Origin: Marsupella aquatica
Lineage: Eukaryota > Plantae > Marchantiophyta
Length of the DNA: 64,000 bases
Direction: 5' to 3'
NCBI GenBank assembly: GCA_973895155.1
Contig: OZ316899.1
Coordinates: 11,275,675 to 11,339,674 of the forward strand
Both the position numbers and the translations under genes were made by a program. Positions 34,701-47,670 of this stretch are shown piece by piece. The notes beneath the pieces were generated by a model that made no database searches, was not told where the DNA came from, and saw only the letters and a list, made by a program, of their open reading frames with translations. Within the stretch, counting starts at the first letter, position 1, and each line of letters begins with the position of its first letter.

Positions 34701-37700
34701 AATCCTGAGCATTCCCACCCTTGCCTTCTGCGGCATCCTCCTCTGAATCAGACTCAAGGACAAGCTTCTTCCGCCCTTCAGGCTTCTTAGTCTCCTTGGC
34801 CTCCTCCTTCTTACTCTCCTCGCCCTCCGCCTTGGTCTGATTGCCCTGTTGTGTTGAAAGGAGTTTTGACACCACCGAAGCTGCTGACTCACCAAAGTAG
34901 TCATGCGCTTCCATCCCAAATACTAGTCGCCCACAATTATTGGTAGCTTTGTAGATAGCACCAAAGTGGACATTCCAAGAAAATATGATATCGCCGGGAC
35001 TGGTGATGTGCTCTATGATGCATTGCAAGGTTGCAAGCGATAAGGTTCCGGCCAATTCGTCTCTCACTGCATCATCTTCCTTTGTAAAATTGGATAGAGC
35101 ATTGCTCTTTCCTGGGCACAAATCACCAGTAATTGGCTTCATATGTACCTTTGGGAGGGTCACCTCTGTACCCTTCATGGCGAATATATCCAAATGCAGA
35201 TATTGAGCCTGTCACATCATGCAAAATAGATTTGTACTTGTTAGCAACACTGGCAATACTAATTGCTAAACTAATCCGACATCGGTCCTACCTCTCTAAA
35301 CCTAAAAATCCTACCTATCTCAGAGAGGCTCTCCGAGATCCATGCTACCTATCTCAGAGAGGCTCTCCGAGATGGATCCTACCTATCTCAGAGAGGCTCT
35401 CCAAGATGGATCCTACCTATCTCAGAGAGGCTCTCTGAGATCCATGCTACCTATCTCAGATAGGCTCCGAGATCCTACCTATCTCAGAGAGGCTCTCCTA
35501 GATCCATGCTACCTATCTCAGAGAGGCTCTCCGAGATTGATCCTACCTATCTCAGAGAGGCTCTCCGAGATGGATCCTACCTATCTCAGAGAGGCTCTCC
35601 GAGATGGATCCTACCTATCTCAGAGAGGCTCTCCGAGATGGATCCTACCTATCTCAAAGAGGCTCTCCGAGATGGATCCTACCTAACTCAGAGAGGCTCT
35701 TTGAGATGGATCCTACCTATCTCAGAGAGGTTCTCCGAGATCCATGCTACCTATCTCAGAGAGGCTCTCCGAGATGGATCCTACCTATCTCAGAGAGGCT
35801 CTCCGAGATGGATCCTACCTATCTCAGAGAGCCTCTCCGAGATCCATGCTACCTAACTCAGAGAGGCTCTCCGAGATGGATCCTACCTGTGTCAGAGAGG
35901 CTCTCCGAGATCCATGCTACCTAACTCAGAGAGGCTCTTCGAGATGGATCCTACCTATCTCAGAGAGGCTCTCCAAGATCCATGCTACCTAACTCAGAGA
36001 GGCTCTCCGAGATGGATCCTACCTATGTCAAAGAGGCTCTCCGAGATCCATGCTACCTAACTCAGAGAGGCTCTCCGAGATGGATCCTACCTATCTCAGA
36101 GAGGCTCTCCGAGATGGATCCTACCTATCTCAGAGAGCCTCTCCGAGATCAATGTTACCCATAAGGGAGAGGGTGTCCGACATCGTAATTGCGGACACAT
36201 TTTTCAACTATCTCGGAGAGCCTCTCCGAGATGACTTCTATTGAAATGCCAAAATTGAAGTGAACTTACAGCTTTTTTGCTTGACGCCATGTAGCAAGGT
36301 GTGACATTCCAAATGGTGAATGAGTCAATGTGATCCAACTTCTCAGCCCAGTCAATGTGAAGGTACTCAAAGATTGAGCCTGTGTGGGCAAATGAACCAC
36401 TGTGCACAATGCACAGGAAACCGTCGTTTGTGAGTAGAGAGTCTGCCAATGTCGTCGCCACTTCTAGGTCACTGAGCCGAAATCTATTCCACACCGGAAC
36501 ATTATTTTCAGCCTGCGCTATGCGATAATCTGTCCCTAGCTGAACAAAGATCATATCACAACCATGGCCCTTAGGTACACCATCAACTATCCAACCTTGT
36601 TTTCGCAAGCCAGCCAACTTCAATTTCTTACACCAGTCCCGGAATTCCCTCATGAATGGAGGGAGAGGCAACTTTCCTGTGGTTGGCTGATATTTGTCCT
36701 TCAGCCAAGAAGAACACTCTAGTAAGGTCATATGCTCTTTTGCATGGCAAAATCGCAGGGCAGATGTAATAGCATGAGAGGGCCAAGGTACTCCAAGAAT
36801 TTCGCAAAGATCATCCTCCGGAATTTCTGGGGCTTCTGTTGAAACTGGCTTCTTTGTGGGTTCGTCTATCCTCTTGTCGGCTTTCTTCTTTGGCCGACTG
36901 GTTGGCTTACCAGAGATTTGTGGTTTGCTTGGGGTCCCACTCGGGGTCCCGCTTGGGGTTGAAAGGTCAGGCTCCTCCTCCTCCTCATGGCCCTCTGCAT
37001 TGTCCCCGGTGGCCATCCCATCCTCCTCTCCATTGTCCCCACTCGCCGCTTTCTCATCCTCCTCTCCATTGTCCCCACTCACCGCTTTCTCATCCTCCTC
37101 TCCATTGTCCCCGGTCTTTCTTGGCTCCATCTTCTCATCCATCGGACGACGTTTGCTTGAGGTAGACCCTGGGGTTCCAAACTTTTCCTTACTTTTTTCT
37201 GCAGAACAAAGTAAGGAGTTTAGTTATCGTTTTACAATGATACTATCTCGGAGAGGCTCTCAGACATATGTTAGATGTACAATGCAAGCTAGGGTGTAAA
37301 CCTTACCAGGAGTGCCTTGTTCTGAGGTGGTGTCTTCTGATTCCTTTTCTTTCTTCCCCCGAACCTTCTTCCCATCATACTCTGGCTCTCCAAGAGGCAA
37401 AATGGCCTCCAAGTCCAATGCAGCCTTTGTCGACAGCTCAAGATCTCCCAACTTTGAAGGTGCAAAAAGGTTGTCTGGTAGTTTCCCCTCCTTTAGGAGG
37501 TTGGCAGCTTCCTTCTCTTTGGGCGTAATGAACTCATTCCAATCATTGAACTCCATGAACCATGGACAATTTTGTCTCTCCCAGTCTGAAAAGACTCTTG
37601 CTGCTGGCTTCAGCCCATCTGTTGGATACATTGACAGCGGGCCTTTCTCCGTCATCCATGCAGTCAGAGCACTTGGTAACACTTTGAAAGTAGAGGCTCC

Positions 37701-39597
37701 AATGCTCTCCTGATGAAGTAAATATCTGACCACACACCTCTTTGCACGCTTCCTCCACACATCTTTGCTTTGCTTTGCTGGATTCCACATCTTCTTGCCC
37801 TCTTCATAGGACCGAGTCTGTACAAATTGCTTGTACATCTTGTTGTGAAACTCAACAAACTCGTCTTTGCTTCCATTGAAGTTCTGCCACTCACCAGAAT
37901 CATATGCACTCTTGGCAAACTCTGACATTATCAAACTGCCAACATGGGCAATGTAACACCACATTGACCACACTAGCAACCAAGCTCTCACTGCTGAATC
38001 ACCATATACATCTGGATGGTGGTGTCGCTTCTTCTCCTCCGCGGTTGAGAAATGAACGCGGAGTAACTTGTTTCGACACTCAGCAGGCATCACCGCACTT
38101 GCAAACAATTTAACTCGATCCAACCCCACTTGCACTTGTGGCCGATCTTTCTGTTTACTCTGCAACTAGTGCAGCTCCTCGGCAATCTCCAGAAACTCCT
38201 CTCCATTTGCTGGATTGACAATCTGAGCAAACTTCTGCATTTTGCCCTCCCAAGACCTACAAGCTTCACTCGTCATGAGTGCGGTTTTCTTTTGGAACTT
38301 ATCCAAACTCCAGGCATGGCCAATTGCAGCATCGGCTGCCATCTCCTTCGCAAGACAAATCCTCCCGTCTTCAATATTATTCCACGACATGATGTACACA
38401 ACAACATCCTTTGTCCTGCACTTGCTATACCATGTCTTTCCATGCCCATGGCTTCTTGCTGCTAAGAATCTAGCATAACCATCCGGATGAAGCAATGTCT
38501 GATACTCCTCCAAAGGTGTCATCAACAGCTTCTTCACCCTGTCTGCATCGGTCAACCAAGATGTATGCACAACGTTTGCGCTTATCCTGCATAAAGAAGC
38601 GACAAATGTTGGCGTCAAAGGCTTCATACCTGAAAATTACATCTCTCTTGGAGATGCTCTCCGAGAAGGCATGGACATCTCGGAGAGGCTCTCTGAGAAG
38701 GCATCGCTCTCCAAGAAGGCATTGATATCTTGGAGAGGCTCTCCGAGAAGGGAAGGTTTATCTCGGAGAGCCTCTCCAAGATAGCATTTTGAGAGCCAAA
38801 CATTGTATGTGTGTATGTATCTATCTCAGAGAGCCTCTCCAAGATAGGATTGCCTATGTGGGTGCAAAAAAACAACAAATGCAAGAACAACCAAAAACCA
38901 AGGGGGCGGAAACTTACGCGTTGAGGCCGTGCATTGCCTGCTCAATCTTCCTGAATCCTTGTTTTCCAGGCTGTAGAAGAGAGAATCTCACGCAAGGGTG
39001 GTACTTCTGCTCGTCAGGATACTCTTCAGCCACTTGTCTCCATGCATTCAGGCGATGATTTCCATCAAACACCCAAAACATCTTACCCTTCAAAACGTGA
39101 AACTCCTCGTACTCATCACACTCCATCTCAAATTTTGTGTTAGCTTGTTCCCATAGAGGGTCCCAATCCGCGGAAAATTCAGACATGGAGTGGGTGGCGT
39201 TATGCGCATTGGTCTCTGATATGTGGAATTCCAAAAACTTGTCCACATACCCATTCTTCACGAAGTCCTTCTTCATCTTCAGAATGGAGCTCTGTTGGAG
39301 AGCCCGAACTGCCTCCATTGTCATCAAACGACATAGTGGAATCCGAGGTGGCTCTCTGGGCTTCCCACTTGGTTCAGCTCCAAATGAAAGCAAGTACTCC
39401 CCAACAATCCCTTCGAATGCACCTTTGTTCAGACGTTCAGCAGACACATTTTCAAAGTTCAGAACCTTCGGCTCCAGCTTCTTCACTGTGTGAGTTTCCC
39501 GACCACTGGCGGTGCTCTCTGCTGTCTTTGATCTGGTCTGCCGACCAGACGATGAAGGAGAGGGAGTGGGTTGCTTCCTCTTCCCTGTCATTTTCAA
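34701..39597 (-). pseudogene. Spliced MULE accessory gene: ParB/Srx-like N-domain plus degenerate N4C/N6A-methyltransferase-like fold
   Basis: Exons 39597-38918, 38586-37307, 37198-36270 and 35208-34701 join in frame through GT-AG introns (one internal TAG at 38166). Motifs RIPLCRL…VRAL…VFDGNHRLNAW; CDMIFVQ…LLTNDGFLCI…IIEHITSPGDIIF…GRLVFGME. Confidence 0.65.
35310..36150. repeat. Intronic 34-bp tandem array (~24 units) of the palindrome
   Basis: CTACCTATCTCAGAGAGGCTCTCCGAGAT(GGATC/CCATG) inside intron 35209-36269. Confidence 0.95.
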
Positions 39598-39619
39598 ATC
39601 TCACCAACTACTGAATTGC

Positions 39620-40285
39620 ACGAGCACAACTTGCACAACACTTGCACCACCCACAGCTCAGTCGCAGCAAGCTCAATCGCACTGCTCGCATAGCACTCGC
39701 ACTCGCACCGCCACAGCTCACCGCACTCAATCGCACCGCTTCCAGCACTCGCACCACCACAGCTCAGTCGCAGCAAGCTCAATCACTGGCAGTGGCACAA
39801 CACTCAATCGCACCGCTCGCACAGCACTCGCACTCGACCGCCACAGCTCACCGCACTCAATCGCACCGCTTCCAGCACTCGCACCACCACAACTCACTCG
39901 CAGCAAGCTCAATCGCACCGCTCGCACAGCACTCGCACTCGCACCACCACAGCTCACCGCACTCAATCACACCGCTTCCAGCACTCGCACCGCTTCCAGC
40001 ACTCGCACCGCCACAGCTCAGTCGCAGCAAGCTCAATCACTGGCAGTGGCACAACACTCAATCGCACCACTTGCATAGCACTCGCACTCGACCGCCACAG
40101 CTCACCGCACTCAATCGCACCGCTTCCAGCACTCGCACCACCACAACTCAGTCGCAGCAAGCTCAATCGCACCACTTGCACAACACTCAATCGCACCGCA
40201 CAACTACTCGCACTCACAATCGCACTCAATCGCACCGCACTCACAATCGCACTACTTCCAGCACTCGCACCACCATAGCTCACAG
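39620..40285. repeat. CGCAC-rich composite tandem repeat immediately 5' of the accessory gene
   Basis: Shuffled modules GCACTCGCACC, CACAGCTCA, CTCAATCGCACC and GTCGCAGCAAG. Confidence 0.9.
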
Positions 40286-40879
40286 CACACAGCTTATAGC
40301 ACACAGAGCGCGGAGAGGGAAAGATCACAAAGCAACTTACGCTCTCCAAGAAATATGAGGTAAATTGCATCCGCACTCGCACTCGCTCGGCCTCAATTGC
40401 TCGCCTTTCAAATGAGGAAAGGCGAGAGACGGCGGGGACTCACCAAAGTAGTCATCATCATTATTAGGCAACGGAAGATCTAGGGGCATCACAACTGAAT
40501 TCACTATCACCGTCACGCAGGTTGAGTCCCATCCAAGCAACGGGAGATCTATGGGACCACTCATTGATTACAAGTGGTAGGGGCCACGGGAGGAAGTTGA
40601 CATGTTAGCAGTTTATTGGCTTATATGTTGTCGTACTCTGATAATGATGAATGCCTAGATTTGACTCATGTCAGAGTCGCAACACTGAAGTACCTGTACA
40701 GATGCTTTCATTATTACTACCCCTTCACGCCATAATGTCCTTGGTACGATTGATTCCAGACCAGATAAGATTTCCTATCATTCCTTGGTATTAATGAGTA
40801 CGATCGTTGAATGACTGGATTTAATTCCAAAAAATATTTAGTACTTGCACGACATGTCAGGCCAGTCTCAAGTTCCAGA

Positions 40880-41280
40880 TTGTCTCCGAGATATGTCACG
40901 CCCCCATGTCAGATAAGCTCTCCACTCTGACATGTAAAGTGGGGACTTAAGTTGGAGAGGCTCTCCGAGATGACATGTAAAGTGGGGACGTAAGTCGGAG
41001 AGGCTCTCCGAGTTGACATGTAAAGTGGGGACGTAAGTCGGAAAGGCTCTCCGAGATGACATGTAAAGTGGGGACGTAAGTCGGAGAGGCTCTCCGAGAT
41101 GACATGTAAAGTGGGGACGTAAGTCGGAGAGGCTCTCCGAGTTGACATGTAAAGTGGGGATGTAAGTCGGAGAGGCTCTCCGAGTTGACATGTAAAGTGG
41201 GGACGTAAGTCGGAGAGGCTCTCCGAGATGACATGTAAAGTGGGGACGTAAGTCGGAGAGGCTCTCCGAGATGACATGTC
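40880..41280. repeat. 43-bp tandem palindrome array
   Basis: GACATGTAAAGTGGGGACGTAAGTCGGAGAGGCTCTCCGAG(A/T)T, about 8-9 units. Confidence 0.95.
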
Positions 41281-41429
41281 ATGGAGGACCCATGTCAGAG
41301 CCTCTCCAAAATTGAATATTACACAAGATCAGACCTCGGAGAGGCTCTCCGAGATGACACATCAGGTTGGTGATAACTTTGGAGAGCCTCTCTGACAAAT
41401 ATTGGGCCTAATCCTTGCTACACACCTAA

Positions 41430-42135
41430 AGATGGCATCTCGGAGAGCCTCTCCAACATCCCTAAACCCTTCATACCTGCGCAAGATGGTATCTCGGAGA
41501 GCCTCTCCAACATGGGTCAAGGCTACATACCTCCGCAAGATGGCATCTCGGAGAGCCTCTCCAAGATGAAACTTGGTGAGATCCGGTGCAAGATCTAATC
41601 TCGGAGAGCCTCTCCAAGATGGGTCGAGGCCTCATACCTACGCAAGATGGCATCTCGGAGAGCCTCTCCAAGATGGGTCGAGGCCTCATACCTGCGCAAG
41701 ATGGCATCTCGGAGAGCCTCTCCAAGATGAAACTTGGTGAGATCCGGTGCAAGATCTAATCTCGGAGAGCCTCTCCAAGATGGGTCGAGGCCTCATACCT
41801 GCGCAAGATGGCATCTCGGAGAGCCTCTCCAAGATGAAACTTGGTGAGATCCGGTGCAAGATCTAATCTCGGAGAGCCTCTCCAAGATGGGTCGAGGCCT
41901 CATACCTGCGCAAGATGGCACGTCGGAGAGCCTCTCCAAGATGAAACTTGGTGAGATCCGGTGCAAGATCTAATCTCGGAGAGCCTCTCCAAGATGGGTC
42001 GATGCCTCATACCTGCGCAAGATGGCATGTCGGAGAGCCTCTCCAAGATGAAACTTGGTGAGATCCGGTGCAAGATCTAATCTCGGAGAGCCTCTCTAAC
42101 ATGGGTCGAGGCTTCCAGATGGCATCTGAGAGAGC
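41430..42135. repeat. 53/54-bp palindrome array forming a 107-bp higher-order repeat
   Basis: Palindrome starts at 41546, 41599, 41653, 41707, 41760… with two alternating spacers. Confidence 0.92.
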
Positions 42136-42244
42136 CTAATGGACACCCTAAACTTGCTGTCAAAGGTTCTTGGATGTTGGTCCAATAAACTTAGTCACTG
42201 TCAATAACAGTTTTCACGTTCACAAGGGTACGTTGTCAAGAAGG

Positions 42245-42650
42245 ATTCTTACATATTCAACGAGGGAAGAATATTGTAACAATTTTTACGCTCAGTCTGG
42301 GCGATAAGGTACTCTGACAAAACAATCTTGACATATTCAACAAAGAAAGAAGCGAGTCTAACAATTTTTACGCTTTGTCTAGGCGGTAAGGTACTCTAAC
42401 AAAACAATCTTGACATTCAACAAAGAAAGAAGCGAGTGTAACAGGTTTTACGCTCGGTCTGGGCGATACGGTACTCTGACAAAACAATCTTCACATATTC
42501 AACAAAGAAAGAAGCGAGTGTAACAGTTTTTACGCTCTATCTAGGTGGTAAGGTACTCTAACAAAACAATCGTAACATATTCAGAAAGAAAGAAGCGACT
42601 CTAACAGTTTTTACGCTTTGTCTGGGCGATAAGGTACTCTAACAAAACAA
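42245..42650. repeat. ~81-bp tandem repeat x5 upstream of the transposase
   Basis: ACATATTCAACAAAGAAAGAAGCGAG…TTTTACGCT…GGTACTCT…AAAACAATC units; no palindrome. Confidence 0.9.
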
Positions 42651-42780
42651 AGTCATAAGAATCAATAACAGTTTTCACATACTGTTTGCTGATTAAGTTA
42701 CGCTCTTGAGAAACAAAGAGGAATTGAGCAAGCCAGAAAGGCAATAACATCCCTTACATGAACGAGGCATCTCTCGGTAC

Positions 42781-45700
42781 ATGCCACTTGAACTCTCTTG
42801 GTGCTCAACATTAGTCTTTCTTCAAGTGGTTATCATGGCTAGCCGTGTGAGGATCACATTTCCAGACAATGGAGACATTGTTGTGCTAGCGACTGATGGT
42901 GTTGTTCGGCATACACCAGACAACGAATTAGCTCGTCGGTTCAATGTTGAGATTGGGGAGTGGGCACTCTTTGAGGCCGGCGATGTCTTACCATTGATTG
43001 AGGCAGACTCAGAGGAGAGTGGAGAGGAAAGGATATGGCATCTAAAAAGTGAAGTTTCATACGTCCTTCAGCAGAGGGTGTACTCTGTTCCTCTTACTGA
43101 AGTTGGTTTGCAATCTCAAACTGGAGAGAAGATTTCAGAGTGGCCGGCAGAGGTAGAGCAGGCCGAATTTCTTGAAAGTGTTGTTGCTGCAATGCTGAAA
43201 GGGAAAGGCACTTCGCGATGTGTAAAGGCTGCCCATTCCATTCTCAGAGTGCATTATCCACAACGAGTCATGACTCTGCCGGAATGGTATGATGGGGATT
43301 GCATTTTTGAGCTCCCCCCATTCACAGGAATGTACACAAAGGGTGCCTTCTTCTTGGGTATGGAGCGGAGAAATGACTGCTACTTGTGGAGCAAGCTCAT
43401 CGAGACAGGGGCCCAAATTGGACCCAACCTGAACAAGGGAGGCTTCAAGTATAAGATTGGGAATGTGAGATGCCTAGGCTCTTTGCAATGTCCACATTCA
43501 GATTGTCCGGCTTTTACAAGTAAGAATGAGCGCAATTGCACAGAATGGCAGCGAGATAGGGGTGGGAGAAATGAGGTTCCATCTCCTGTTGGGCGACTAG
43601 TTCCAGCAGAGAGTGTGATTTGCGCCTTTTGTGATCGGCCTCCTAAGTGTATAGCCAAGTGTCCAGCCGAAATGTTCTACATAACTCCGATCTCTCATGA
43701 CCATTACATTTACAAGCACATGACACGTGTTGCTATGCATGTTGGGAGTCACTCACATCCGGCCAAATTTGTTCTCAAGAAAGATCGAAAAGCTTTCTTA
43801 CATAAGTTGATGGAGGAGAAATTGAAGAAGAATCCTCATGCAATGTCGTCTGTGATCAAGAGTGACACAATTAAAGCTCTAAGGGATATTTTTGATGACA
43901 AGGTTGCTGGGATTGTCACATTTGAGGAAGCACGGGATCTGAATGAAACATTAGCGATCCTATCAGATCGATCAGTTGTAAGATCTATGATATAGAGCAT
44001 ACGCAAGTATACCCATGCCTCATCCGACCTCCAAGTCATCCTTGATCTTCAAAAAGAAACAGTGTTTTCATTTGTCCAGAGCACTCTATTTCCAAACCAG
44101 AAGCTAGATACAGATGAGCGCCCACACATTTTCAAGATGACTGTAAAGGGTCCAGGGTCTGGAATCGATCTCATTCGAAGGATGCAGCCTGGTGGAGATC
44201 TACAAGACTCATGGGTGATGTTTGATGTCATGCATCGGATGACTGAGAAGCAATGGTGCACAATGTCAGCTCATGTATACGACCACCTATACAGAGGTCT
44301 CTGCACAATTTTTATATGCGAGCTAGTTTCGGAAGATACTGCTGCACTACAAACTGCATGGAAGGTCATGAAGCGAGTGTGTAAGGCAAATGGGCTTGAC
44401 AATGTTACGTTTTGTGGGTTCATTGCCGATAATGCTGCAGCTGGGTGGAATGCAGTTCGAAACACATTCTGGGATGGAAGAGTTAATTCTCAAAAGGAGC
44501 GATCTGATGCATTTCACTGGGCGCAATCAGTGGAGAAGATGACAAAGAAATGCATTCTTCCAGGCAAAGCAGTTGAGCATAAGGAGCTTCTGGATTCATT
44601 GAGGGACGCTGCCAATGTGGTTCTTGCATTTCGGACTTTTGAGAAGATGAAGGATTGGTGGAAAAATGGGAATGCAATCAAAGGAAAAACCAAGTCATTG
44701 GAGACATGGCTTTCATGGTGGATTGTGCGGTTCTCCCAGTGGGGAAACTTTATTCGGCTGGTAAGTCTATGAATTCTTAGTAATATTCTATCTCGGAGAG
44801 CCTCTCCAAGATGGAACATATGGGTAATCTCCGAGATGGAAGACGTGGGTCATCTTTGTCGAGGCTCTCCAAGATGGAAGAGGTGGGTCATCTCGGAGAG
44901 GCTCTCCGAGATGGAACATATGGGTCATCTCGGAGAGGCTCTCCAAGATGGAAGAGGTGGGTCATCTCGGAGAGGCTCTCCAAGATGGAACATATGGGTC
45001 ATCTCGGAGAGGCTCTCCAAGATGAAAGAGGTGGGTCATCTCGGAGAGCCTCTCCCAGATGAAATAAATGGGCGACTTGGAAGACATGTTAGAGAGCCAA
45101 CTTTTGTTTTGTAACACGGTTCATCTTAGAGAGGCTCTCCAAGATGAAACACTGGTCATCTTGGAGAGCCTCTCCAGGATGGACCCCGTTGGACATGTTG
45201 CAGATGTACAAGATGACCCATGTACATTTTTTGGTAATACTCTTTTCTTTGATTTTTGTGTAGGACATGGACAGAACTAAGTCTGCATTGATGCTGAACC
45301 ATAGCGGGGCAGAATCCGTGCATGCCGCGATGCGCCGATGGTCTTCCACAACAAGATTGGGATAGTGCAATCTTGTATAACGGATGCAACCCGTGCATCA
45401 AATCAAATTGGTGCCCTTGTGAACTACACGACCCACGGGAGGAAGGGCCGTGGCCCAAGCCTCTTTGAACTTCGTCTTCGAGATGCCAGGATGGTTGGGA
45501 ATGTTAAGAGTTTCTTCCCAAAGTTAAATACGGTGATGACTCAATCGGAGATGGTTGAATATGCTTCGGGGGACCCAATTCCTGGTGACTATGAAACTCA
45601 ACGAATGCCGGCGCGAGGCAAGGTTCCAGCTGATGCTATTGCAGTAGAAGACTCCCATCGCGATGATGTTATTCTAGTAACGCGACCTAAAAAGCGGAAG

Positions 45701-46894
45701 TTCAAGGGGATTTCAAGCCAAGATGCAAACTTGAAAAGTACCATTCCTGACGTGGTTGACTTGTCAACCTCGTCAGACTCTCCTACAGGCTCTGGTGGAT
45801 CAGATGTGGTGATTTTGGAGAGCCCAGTACAGCGTGCGATAAGACGTGTCCCTCCACCATCAACCCCAAGGAGGTCAACTCGAGTGCCTCCTCCGCCCCC
45901 AACAAGGGCAACACGTGTTCCACCTCCTCTAACCCCAACAAGGTCAATACCAAGGTCACCCCCTGTTTGTCCACCAACGCGGTTTGCTGAACCTTTGCAT
46001 AATAGAGGCCAACAAAGACAAGTTCAGGAGAGCAATGTGATGCCAGGAATGTTGTTTTTGTCTCGCATCAGTCGCCATGGAAGTGGTCCCGCTTGTAGAG
46101 GTGCCTTCAAAGGCACATAACGTCCAGCATGCGGTCTATACATCAAGGAGGTGGGGTTTCGTCATGCAACGTTGGGTGTGGTAGGATTGTGCTTATTGGC
46201 TGGGAACAGTTACAAGGATCCAAACATTCCACAAAAGTTTTGGTTTTGCCCAAACAACAAGTGTTGCCAGAAATCCTCCATGGCATATGTTACTGGGCGG
46301 CTGCCCCCACTACCGGAGAAGGTCCCAGTTGCTCGAGGAACCTATCTAACACAAGATGAAGTTGATTTTCTCCATGTGAATGAATTGAATGTGGTACAGA
46401 CCATCATTCCTGGTGATTCAATGGTGAGTCCTGGCGATGTAATTGTGGACTTGAATAGTTACCCTGAGCAGTTGGATCCATTGAAGCCTGATGTCAGGCT
46501 GAGCCGGCGCAATGGCCGCTTACGGCGAAGGAGATCGGTTGTGACGGTAGATGCAAAGAAACGTATTGAGAGTGCCAAATCCGAGTTGATGAGGTTCACT
46601 TCCATGACTCGAATTGAAAAAGGGAATGCAATTGGCTTACGAGTGGTACTTTCCAACACTCATCGTGACCGCAATTCAGCCCATTGTGTACAGATATGTG
46701 TGTTCCCAACTTGCTCTTGTCAAGATTTCATCATGAGAGATACTGGAAGATACTTCTTTCTTTGCAAACACTTGTATTGGTGCTATAAAAACATTTGTGG
46801 ACGAGATCTAGAGAGCGACCAAGAGATCCACCAGCCAATCTTGACACTTAGCGAGGTTCGTAAATTGGTGTCAAATGTAGCAGGCTCAGGGTGA
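42781..46894 (+). pseudogene. MULE transposase (GCM/WRKY-like Zn domain, DDE core, SWIM finger)
   Basis: CLGSLQC…C…HVGSHSHP; WVMFDVMH, FIADNAAA, DAFHW, GAESVH; SWIM CSCQDF…CKHL. Intron 44761-45263 (GTAAGT…TAG). Several stops and frameshifts. Confidence 0.85.
44789..45180. repeat. Intronic 37-bp palindrome array in the transposase intron
   Basis: Palindrome at 44891, 44928, 44965… with alternating GAACATAT/GAAGAGGT spacers. Confidence 0.9.
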
Positions 46895-46974
46895 ATGCAT
46901 GTCAAAGATGTTTCGGGTTTAGTGGGTAGAACGATACACTTTTGTATCCTTTCATAATAATAAATGTTCAAGAT

Positions 46975-47670
46975 TTCAAATGATGTTGATCCCATCTCGG
47001 AGAGGCTCTCCAAGATTCCAACCCAGTGTTGATCCCATCTCGGAGAGGCTCTCCGAGATTCCAAGTGACGTTGATCCTATCTCGGAGAGGCTCTCCGAGA
47101 TTCCAAGTGACGTTGATCCCATCTCGGAGAGGCTCTCCGAGATTCCAACCCAATGTTGGATCCCATCTCGGAGAGGCTCTTCGAGATTCCAAAACCAGTG
47201 TTGATCCCATCTCAGAGAGGCTCTCCGAGATTCCAAGTGACGTTGATCCCATCTCGGAGAGGCTCTCCGAGATTCCAAGTGATGTTGATCCATCTCGGAG
47301 AGGCTCTCCAAGATTCCAAGTGACGTTGATCCCATCTCGGAGAGGCTCTCCGACATTCCAAGTGATGTTGATCCCATCTCGGAGACGCTCTCTAAGATTC
47401 CAAGTGATGTTGATCCCATCTCGGAGACGCTCTCCGAGATTTAAACCCAGTGTTTTTGGCAATCTCAGAGAGGCTCTCCAAGATTCAAACCCAGTGTTGA
47501 TCCCATCTCGGAGAGGCTCTCCGAGATTGCAACAATTGTTGGAGACTTTGGTGACCAATCTCGGAGAGGCCTCCGAGATTGACACAAAATAGGATGTCAA
47601 TCTCGGAGATGCCTCCGAGATTGATTAAAAAAAAGGGGTCAATCTCGGAGAGGTCTTCGAGATTGTCCAA
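46975..47670. repeat. Right subterminal palindrome array, 42-44-bp period
   Basis: GTTGATCCCATCTCGGAGAGGCTCTCCGAGATTCCAA units. Confidence 0.92.

Noticed and set aside
35342-36244. Repetitive ORFs (ISERLSE/LGEPLRD/SRRASPR) over the palindrome arrays
   Set aside because: They are translation artefacts of tandem DNA repeats located in introns and subtermini.
32818-47670. CRISPR-like appearance of palindromic repeats with spacers
   Set aside because: Spacers are near-identical within each array, there are no cas genes, the context is eukaryotic, and the arrays lie inside a TSD-bounded MULE and its introns.
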